Shown: positions 38,193-43,152, counted from the stretch's first letter. The stretch is 64,000 bases of DNA from a virus (IMGVR_UViG_3300045988_011313:1-64000); one strand, 5' to 3'. Numbers and translations are program-made. The notes: generated from the letters alone by a model not told the origin.

Positions 38193-38513
38193 TTAAAAAT
38201 AAAATACAGAGAGTAGAGTATAAGCTATTTTTGCCCATATACTCTGATTTATATTTAAATCTACTGTACCTGTCCTTCTTCTTTTTATATGTAAAAAGTA
38301 TAATAGATTATGTGCTCTCCATTCATTAACCATACCAAATATACTTCTCTTGTGTATAGCATAAGAATTATCACATGTGTTTCTTATCTTCTTTAAGACA
38401 TTAACCATGTCATTTATTCTCCTTATCCTATAAGAGTCTGTTATAGAAGTATTATAGGTACTTAAAAGCACATTAATAATGTACTCACTATATTTAATAT
38501 TAATCATTTTCAT
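38193..38513 (-). CDS. hypothetical protein (106 aa)
   Basis: ORF between tRNA-Leu(TAG) and the promoter. No motif recognised. Confidence 0.4.
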   Translation of the reverse strand: MKMINIKYSEYIINVLLSTYNTSITDSYRIRRINDMVNVLKKIRNTCDNSYAIHKRSIFGMVNEWRAHNLLYFLHIKRRRTGTVDLNINQSIWAKIAYTLLSVFYF

Positions 38514-38515
38514 AG

Positions 38516-38604
38516 TACCCTCTAAGAGACTCGAACTCTTACACTACTATTACTTCATGTCTGCTTCTAAGGCAGATGTGTCTACCAAATTCCACCAAGA
38601 GGGC
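38516..38604 (-). tRNA. tRNA-Leu(TAG), type II
   Basis: 89 nt. Acceptor GCCCTCT/AGAGGGT (G1-U72), anticodon loop CTTAGAA, T-arm AAGAG-TTCGAGT-CTCTT. The 19-nt variable region pairs poorly. Confidence 0.65.
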
Positions 38605-38796
38605 ATATAGCCTTTGACCACCTTCGGCTATTAAAGTGAATGATACGACATTCATTAGGGGCTAGTCTTACTCTGTAAATATTATTAATATTCAGAAACC
38701 CTAAGAGTTACGTTGCTACATATAATCTAGAACTCATAGCTTTGTTAGTTCTTTTTAAGTGCTCACATACCTTGGTTAAATATGCAAGCACTACTG

Positions 38797-38871
38797 TGGG
38801 TGCTCAAAGAATCGAACTTTGTTCTAAGGATTTTCAGTCCTCCGCAATGTAACCATACCTGCCCAACACCC
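38797..38871 (-). tRNA. tRNA-Phe(GAA)
   Basis: Acceptor GGGTGTT/AGCACCC, anticodon loop CTGAAAA, T-arm CAAAG-TTCGATT-CTTTG. Confidence 0.8.
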
Positions 38872-38939
38872 ATAATGACTTATTTGTGTCTCTACCCACA
38901 TCACTTTCCATAAGTCAAGGACAAAGATTTCTATTGAAG

Positions 38940-39022
38940 TGGGGCAGAAAGGAATTGAACCTTAAATAGCCTGAGGCAGTGGATTTACAGTCCACACTAA
39001 TTCACCACATTAAAGCTACCCC
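38940..39022 (-). tRNA. tRNA-Tyr(GTA), type II
   Basis: 83 nt. Acceptor GGGGTAG/CTGCCCC, anticodon loop CTGTAAA, variable stem GCC/GGC. Confidence 0.75.
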
Positions 39023-39058
39023 ATATAATATTTATTACTCACTCCAACATCAAAGGAA

Positions 39059-39166
39059 CTATATTCCAATTGGAATAGTTCCTGTAGGTGTCCAAGCATA
39101 AGACTTAGCAGCCTGTCTAAAATATGCCTTAGCACCTTTCTTAATTAATGAAATAACCTTTTTCAT
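39059..39166 (-). CDS. small cationic ORF (35 aa) inside the tRNA array
   Basis: MKKVISLIKKGAKAYFRQAAKSYAWTPTGTIPIGI*. The stop lies inside a near-perfect 28-nt palindromic hairpin followed by a T-rich tract. Below the track cutoff. Confidence 0.3.
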   Translation of the reverse strand: MKKVISLIKKGAKAYFRQAAKSYAWTPTGTIPIGI

Positions 39167-39200
39167 AACAATTAAAAATTTGAAGTTAATAATATGTTAT

Positions 39201-39273
39201 GTTCCCCCATAAGGAATCGAACCTTACTCTCCAGATTAAAAGTCTAGAGCATCCACCATCAATGCTTTGGGGG
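39201..39273 (-). tRNA. tRNA-Lys(TTT)
   Basis: TCCCCCA-AA-GCAT..ATGC-T-CTAGA-CTTTTAA-TCTGG...TAAGG-TTCGATT-CCTTA-TGGGGGA-A. Confidence 0.8.
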
Positions 39274-39295
39274 AGTATTTGCCAAGGTTGAGGTT

Positions 39296-39369
39296 GTGCT
39301 CCCACAAGGACTTGAACCTTGAGTCCCCTGTTTAAGAGACAGGTGCTTTAACCAATTCAGCTATAGGAG
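39296..39369 (-). tRNA. tRNA-Lys(CTT)
   Basis: Acceptor GCTCCTA/TGGGAGC, anticodon arm CCTGT-CTCTTAA-ACAGG, T-arm CAAGG-TTCAAGT-CCTTG. Confidence 0.8.
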
Positions 39370-39371
39370 CA

Positions 39372-39623
39372 TTATTTCTTTTCATACTTTTCAGACCATG
39401 CCTTAGTAATACCTGCTGATGCAAATACTCCAGCAACAGCACCTATATAAGCAGCAAGACCATTAAGGTCTGTCTGTATGGTATGATTATAACATATTTC
39501 TATTATAAGAAGTACAGCAGGAACTGATAGTAGGATTAAACCTATTAAAGTAACTGCCACTAAGAAGAAGTTCTTTGAAGAAATTCCTGTATTGTTCTTT
39601 ATAAGTTTATCTATATAACACAT
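39372..39623 (-). CDS. small two-TM membrane protein (83 aa); start trimmed to Met10 of the track ORF
   Basis: The track ORF starts at a GTG inside tRNA-Cys. The first ATG is at 39623 (MCYIDKL...), followed by two hydrophobic segments. Confidence 0.45.
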   Translation of the reverse strand: MCYIDKLIKNNTGISSKNFFLVAVTLIGLILLSVPAVLLIIEICYNHTIQTDLNGLAAYIGAVAGVFASAGITKAWSEKYEKK

Positions 39624-39625
39624 AG

Positions 39626-39700
39626 ACTTGGAGGTGGGATTTGAACCCACGAATCATCAGATTTGCAGTCTGTGCCCTTAGACCACTTAGGTACTCCAAG
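39626..39700 (-). tRNA. tRNA-Cys(GCA)
   Basis: Acceptor CTTGGAG/CTCCAAG, anticodon loop CTGCAAA, T-arm GTGGG-TTCAAAT-CCCAC. Confidence 0.75.
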
Positions 39701-39704
39701 ATAG

Positions 39705-39781
39705 TACTGGCAGAGGGGATTGAACCCACATGCAACCTATTACCCTTTCTACTGTGTATAAGACAGAGGGGATATGCCAGT
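39705..39781 (-). tRNA. atypical tRNA-like gene with an Ile(TAT) anticodon loop; no D-arm in the canonical position
   Basis: ACTGGCA-TA-TCCCC-TCTGT-CTTATAC-ACAGT-AGAAAGGGTAATAGGTTGCAT-GTGGG-TTCAATC-CCCTC-TGCCAGT-A. It has a perfect 7-bp acceptor and a good T-arm, but a non-canonical core. Confidence 0.5.
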
Positions 39782-39788
39782 ATATTGG

Positions 39789-39862
39789 GGTGTTAGATGG
39801 GATTTGAACCCACGCCATAAGGAGCCACAATCCTCTGCTCTACCTGACTGAGCTACTAACAC
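39789..39862 (-). tRNA. tRNA-His(GTG)
   Basis: GTGTTAG...GAGGA-TTGTGGC-TCCTT...GTGGG-TTCAAAT-CCCAT-CTAACAC-C, with discriminator C. Confidence 0.8.
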
Positions 39863-39864
39863 AG

Positions 39865-39936
39865 TGCTGATGGAAAGACTCGAACTTTCAACTACTGCCT
39901 TATGAGAGCAGCCTTCTACCATTGAAGTACATCAAC
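39865..39936 (-). tRNA. tRNA with CAT anticodon (elongator Met, or Ile2 if lysidinylated)
   Basis: Acceptor GTTGATG/CATCAGC, anticodon arm CTGCT-CTCATAA-GGCAG, T-arm GAAAG-TTCGAGT-CTTTC. Confidence 0.75.
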
Positions 39937-39957
39937 TATTACTCTTCTTGACCAATG

Positions 39958-40034
39958 TTGGGATGGTGAGAATTGAACTCACCTGTAACCAACTACTCTT
40001 TCAGCTGCTTATCAGACAGAGGAGATACATCCCA
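39958..40034 (-). tRNA. atypical tRNA-like gene with an Ile(GAT) anticodon loop; same odd architecture as 39705..39781
   Basis: TGGGATG-TA-TCTCC-TCTGT-CTGATAA-GCAGC-TGAAAGAGTAGTTGGTTACAG-GTGAG-TTCAATT-CTCAC-CATCCCA-A. Confidence 0.5.
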
Positions 40035-40039
40035 ATATG

Positions 40040-40112
40040 CTGAGAAGATAGGAATTGAACCCATAACTGCTGGTTTTGGAGACCAGTGCTCTACCAATTG
40101 AGCTACTTCCCA
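40040..40112 (-). tRNA. tRNA-Trp(CCA)
   Basis: TGGGAAG-TA-GCTC..GAGC-A-CTGGT-CTCCAAA-ACCAG...ATGGG-TTCAATT-CCTAT-CTTCTCA-G. Confidence 0.8.
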
Positions 40113-40121
40113 ATTACTTAG

Positions 40122-40194
40122 TTGCAGGTAGTGGATTTGCACCACTGGTCTCCCCATTAAGGGTAGGGCGAGATTACTACTTCTCTAACCTGCT
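40122..40194 (-). tRNA. non-canonical tRNA-like gene (anticodon loop CCCTTAA; nominal CTT/Lys), possible pseudogene or specialised tRNA
   Basis: The cloverleaf folds (D GAGA/TCTC, anticodon stem CCCTA/TGGGG). However, it has an A1xA72 mismatch, C at position 33 and T-loop TGCAAAT (G55). Confidence 0.4.
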
Positions 40195-40303
40195 AAAACA
40201 TCAAATCATTGATTACTTCTTCTTATTGCACTCAGAGAACTTTCAGAAATGATGTCATCAAGTATTGCAAGCTACTTGACTAAACTTCTTGCAAAAGTTT
40301 TTG

Positions 40304-40375
40304 CGGGACCTGTAAGACTCGAACTTACATCTAAGGGTTAACAGCCCCTTGTTCTAACCTTTGAACTAAAGACCC
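40304..40375 (-). tRNA. tRNA-Asn(GTT)
   Basis: GGGTCTT...AGGGG-CTGTTAA-CCCTT...GTAAG-TTCGAGT-CTTAC-AGGTCCC-G, with one U-U mismatch in the acceptor. Confidence 0.75.
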
Positions 40376-40382
40376 ATTTATG

Positions 40383-40456
40383 TTGCTCCTATTAGAATTG
40401 AACTAATGACCTTTTCCTTGTAAGGGAACTATTCTAAACCACTGAACTAAGGAGCA
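40383..40456 (-). tRNA. tRNA-Val(TAC)
   Basis: Acceptor TGCTCCT/AGGAGCA, anticodon loop CTTACAA, T-arm ATTAG-TTCAATT-CTAAT. Confidence 0.75.
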
Positions 40457-40542
40457 TTGATAGGGCAGTTTCTTTAACCTCTAACTGCCCAAAAGATGGT
40501 TCAAGCAAAAGCTCAACATTATGAAAACATGAAAACATAGTG

Positions 40543-40616
40543 TGGACCTTGTGAGATTTGAACTCCTCTAAAACATTGCAAATGTCTTGTGCTAACCTGA
40601 TTACACTACAAAGCCC
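40543..40616 (-). tRNA. tRNA-Ala(TGC)
   Basis: Acceptor GGGCTTT/AAGGTCC with the G3-U70 identity pair. Anticodon arm AGACA-TTTGCAA-TGTTT. The T-stem has only 3 Watson-Crick pairs. Confidence 0.7.
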
Positions 40617-40621
40617 ATTAG

Positions 40622-40694
40622 TATGGGTACTTGGACTTGAACCAAGGACAACTGGCTCCCAAAGCCAGCATTCTACCTACTGAATTACACCCAT
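40622..40694 (-). tRNA. tRNA-Pro(TGG)
   Basis: ATGGGTG...CTGGC-TTTGGGA-GCCAG...CTTGG-TTCAAGT-CCAAG-TACCCAT-A. Confidence 0.8.
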
Positions 40695-40700
40695 ATATTG

Positions 40701-40786
40701 CGGAGAGCATTGTACTCGAAACAAATACCTTATTAGGGTACTCACTATTTAGCAGATAGGACTATCACCTTGATAGTTTACTCTCC
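40701..40786 (-). tRNA. tRNA-Ser(GCT), type II
   Basis: 86 nt. Acceptor GGAGAGT/GCTCTCC, anticodon loop CTGCTAA, variable stem TACC/GGTA. Confidence 0.75.
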
Positions 40787-40827
40787 ATACTTTCCTTCAC
40801 CAATATGTCAAAGAACACCTATTATTG

Positions 40828-40912
40828 CGGAGAGATGAGGTCCCGACCCCCAAGCATTTTACTGCTCCCATTGTTTTCAAGACAAGTCCCAGTCCCACTG
40901 AGTTACCTCTCC
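40828..40912 (-). tRNA. tRNA-Ser(TGA), type II
   Basis: 85 nt. Acceptor GGAGAGG/TCTCTCC, anticodon loop CTTGAAA. Unusual T-loop GTCGGGA. Confidence 0.7.
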
Positions 40913-40966
40913 ATTGCCTACCTACCTCTGTAGGATAGGACTTCAGTAGATTAAAAGTGGATTAGC

Positions 40967-41037
40967 AGGATGTGGGAGAATTGAACTCCAATCTTCTGAT
41001 TGACAGTCAGACACATTAACCACTATGCTACACACCC
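40967..41037 (-). tRNA. tRNA-Asp(GTC)
   Basis: GGGTGTG-TA-GCAT..ATGT-G-TCTGA-CTGTCAA-TCAGA. It is 71 nt; the T-stem appears to be 4 bp (GGAG/CTCC) if the 7-bp acceptor is kept. Confidence 0.7.
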
Positions 41038-41044
41038 TAAGTTG

Positions 41045-41116
41045 TAGAGCTATTGGGAATTGAACCCAAGTTTCTGCCTTGAGAGAGCAGTTACCTATCC
41101 ACTAGTAGATAGCTCT
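41045..41116 (-). tRNA. tRNA-Glu(CTC)
   Basis: Acceptor AGAGCTA/TAGCTCT, anticodon arm CTGCT-CTCTCAA-GGCAG, T-arm TTGGG-TTCAATT-CCCAA. Confidence 0.8.
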
Positions 41117-41122
41117 ATATTG

Positions 41123-41196
41123 TATTGGGTATGGGGCTTGAACCCATAATCTCCACATTGAAAGTGTGGTGACTTAACCACTTCGTCTAACCCAAC
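41123..41196 (-). tRNA. tRNA-Glu(TTC)
   Basis: Acceptor GTTGGGT/ACCCAAT, anticodon arm CCACA-CTTTCAA-TGTGG, T-arm ATGGG-TTCAAGC-CCCAT. Confidence 0.8.
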
Positions 41197-41202
41197 ATTT
41201 AG

Positions 41203-41274
41203 TACCCCCTGAGGGAATTGAACCCCCATTAAAGGCTTAGAAGGCCCTTGCATTATCCATTATACTAAGAGGGC
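41203..41274 (-). tRNA. tRNA-Arg(TCT)
   Basis: Acceptor GCCCTCT/AGGGGGT, anticodon arm AGGGC-CTTCTAA-GCCTT, T-arm GGGGG-TTCAATT-CCCTC. Confidence 0.8.
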
Positions 41275-41291
41275 ATTTACCTTTACTATTG

Positions 41292-41364
41292 TTACCCCAA
41301 TAAGACTTGAACTTATGTTACAGGAGCCAAAATCCCGTGTAATAACCAACTATACTATGGGGCA
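41292..41364 (-). tRNA. tRNA-Gln(TTG)
   Basis: Acceptor TGCCCCA/TGGGGTA, anticodon arm CGGGA-TTTTGGC-TCCTG, T-arm ATAAG-TTCAAGT-CTTAT. Confidence 0.8.
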
Positions 41365-41365
41365 A

Positions 41366-41411
41366 TAAAAAAGGAATGTTACTCTAAACAACTGGTTAAA
41401 GTAACATTCCT
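41366..41411 (-). terminator. terminator-like hairpin plus U-run between the array promoter and the first tRNA (possible attenuator)
   Basis: Minus-sense 11-bp stem aggaatgttac-N18-gtaacattcct followed by TTTTTTAT, ending 2 nt before tRNA-Gln. Confidence 0.55.
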
Positions 41412-41457
41412 AGCAATGGAAATTTCCTAAAACCAATCTCTCTTTCTTAATTGCTCT

Positions 41458-41491
41458 GCAAAGGTAAGCAAAATATTTGAAACCACCAAAC
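41458..41491 (-). promoter_or_regulatory. Bacteroidota-type promoter (-33 TTTG / -7 TAccTTTGCA) upstream of the tRNA array
   Basis: The reverse complement reads gTTTGgtggtttcaaatattttgctTACCTTTGCAgag. Confidence 0.6.
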
Positions 41492-41578
41492 TTTTTCCCA
41501 ATTATTTTTAATTCAAGCATCATTTTCTTGTCATGAAGGAGTAAAGTTGTGCTTTGGTTTAGGTCTAATCTATATTCT

Positions 41579-41980
41579 TTAAGTAATTCCTACTAACTTG
41601 TTAGCCCAAGATTCAGTATAAAAACTGTAGTAGTTCCACTTAATTCCTATCTTACTACATAGATAATGCACTATGTTATGTAGTAATGATGGGATTCCTA
41701 TTACTATCAAATATAGTGGACCTAATATATCAGATTGCTTACTATGACCACATTCATGTTGGATAGACTCTTGTAATGACATAGGATTCACAAAGAGGTA
41801 ATCTCCTAATGACATAGCTGAAGGTAGAGCAATATTTACTATAATAGTATTACCATCTGCCTTACCTTCTCTGTATGCAGCTTGGCACAATATACCCTCT
41901 ATACATAAAGCAAGTATATTCTGTGGAAATTGCCACAGCCACTTAATAGAATCCTTAAAGTAATTACTTATCTTCTTCAT
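41579..41980 (-). CDS. membrane-associated HExxH protein, putative zincin-like peptidase (133 aa)
   Basis: Motif IQHECGHSKQS plus hydrophobic segments. It is the first gene of the minus-strand transcription unit, after a ~290-nt leader. Confidence 0.4.
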   Translation of the reverse strand: MKKISNYFKDSIKWLWQFPQNILALCIEGILCQAAYREGKADGNTIIVNIALPSAMSLGDYLFVNPMSLQESIQHECGHSKQSDILGPLYLIVIGIPSLLHNIVHYLCSKIGIKWNYYSFYTESWANKLVGIT

Positions 41981-42276
41981 TCTTGTATACAGTAATATCC
42001 CTGAAGCTTTGTTATGGCTTCATAAGAGTTATTTTTAATCTCCTTTTAACTACTAACTTCATTAGACCAGTTCTTGATTATACCCCTATAGCATGATTCC
42101 CTGTGCATTTTCTCAGGTGGATGTGCTCATGCAATCTAATTTATATAGTAGCAATTTTAGTAGTATTGGGGACAACCTCCTCTCTATGTAAGGTGAGAGT
42201 ACTAACCCAACTTCTAACCCATTACTTTTTAACCTCATGGGTGAAAGGTTAATCCACCATTAACCTCTACTGGGGT

Positions 42277-42309
42277 GCAAAGGTAAGTAAAAATTTTGAT
42301 ATATGCAAA
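42277..42309 (-). promoter_or_regulatory. Bacteroidota-type promoter (-33 TTGC / -7 TAccTTTGCA), leftward arm of the divergent control region
   Basis: The reverse complement reads aTTTGCatatatcaaaatttttactTACCTTTGCAcccc. Confidence 0.6.
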
Positions 42310-42486
42310 TATATAAATAAAAAATTTATTGCATAAAAAATAATTTTTTTTTTTTAATTTTTTTTTTCTATTGTATTTTTAGGAGTGGTACTTACACCAA
42401 CCACACCCTCCCCATCACTTAGCCCAAGGGGGTCCTACCCCCGTAGGCTAAAATTAACATTATTAACAATTTAACATTTTATCATT

Positions 42487-42744
42487 ATGGGAAATCTAAC
42501 TTTCAATGACACTCTGACAGTAGAGCAGTTCAAGGCACAAATGAATGTATCACGCATTGATGTGAAGAAGAATCCTAAGACAGGCAAGCTCTTCTTCACC
42601 TATGGTGCAAAGACAGGAGCAGTTGCAGTCAAGGGTATTCCAGCACATCCTATGCTGAGCAATGTCACTGGCTCTGATGGTAGCTCATTCTGGTTGCTCC
42701 ATGAGGAGGGACAGGGTGGTGCCCCTGTATTGGCAAGCTTCTAA
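42487..42744 (+). CDS. hypothetical small protein (85 aa), first gene of the rightward module, relatively GC-rich
   Basis: ORF preceded by a GC-rich structured leader and followed by a strong terminator. Contains KKNPKTGKLFFTYG. No function recognised. Confidence 0.55.
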   Translation: MGNLTFNDTLTVEQFKAQMNVSRIDVKKNPKTGKLFFTYGAKTGAVAVKGIPAHPMLSNVTGSDGSSFWLLHEEGQGGAPVLASF

Positions 42745-42749
42745 GCAGG

Positions 42750-42786
42750 AAGGCAACAGGCAGGAATGCCTGTTTGCCTTTTCATT
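42750..42786 (+). terminator. rho-independent terminator
   Basis: Hairpin aaggcaacaggca-ggaa-tgcctgtttgcctt followed by TTTCATTT. Confidence 0.7.
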
Positions 42787-42823
42787 TCCTCTGAGCATTA
42801 ATAGTATTTAAGATAATTTAAGG

Positions 42824-43069
42824 ATGAAAGAAGAATTAGATATGCTCTTTCTATTGGAGCATTTCAGTCTTAAAGATTTAGTAAAGGCTGAAGAAGAGTA
42901 TGTTAATTATGAATATGCTAACACCGACAATATTGTTGAGTGTTATTCTGATGTAGAAGAGTATATAAATGATGAATGTACAGAAACTATTACAACAAGA
43001 GAGTATTCAACCTCTATTTATACTAGTTGGATGAATCTTTCATTTGAATCTTTAATATTCAATGATTAG
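42824..43069 (+). CDS. small highly acidic protein (81 aa)
   Basis: Glu/Asp/Tyr-rich (EEEYVNYEYANTDNIVECYSDVEEYINDECTE), in an early position. Function unknown. Confidence 0.5.
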   Translation: MKEELDMLFLLEHFSLKDLVKAEEEYVNYEYANTDNIVECYSDVEEYINDECTETITTREYSTSIYTSWMNLSFESLIFND

Positions 43070-43152
43070 AGGAAACTCTATTTACATCTCTTCCTGACAA
43101 GAGGATTAGAGAGGTAAGTAGAGTGTTTAGGAGTTCAGTGCATTGAGTAAGT

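Noticed and set aside
38605-38796. A group I intron or a split tRNA as the explanation for the long spacer in the array.
   Set aside because: The flanking tRNA-Leu and tRNA-Phe are each complete. At 192 nt the spacer is short for a group I intron, and I could not find P/Q/R/S-like pairings. It is kept only as an unexplained structured spacer.
39590-39605. Apparent one-base frame discrepancy between my manual translation of the printed bases around 39597-39602 and the supplied ORF 39372..39650.
   Set aside because: This is most likely my own reading error in an A/T run. The ORF track is computed from the sequence and shows an intact frame. It is not claimed as a frameshift, but coordinates of hand-called RNAs between ~38.5 and 39.6 kb may be off by 1 nt.
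40463-40490. 8-bp hairpin gggcagtt-N12-aactgccc in the tRNA array, as a terminator.
   Set aside because: In the transcribed (minus) orientation the U-run precedes rather than follows the stem. It is more likely a processing or structural element, so no feature was called.
40521-40538. Short tandem repeats (atgaaaac x2 here; attccagaa x2 at 46035..46055) as possible CRISPR or iteron arrays.
   Set aside because: There are only two copies each, with no spacer-repeat periodicity and no cas genes. This is too little to call a repeat feature.
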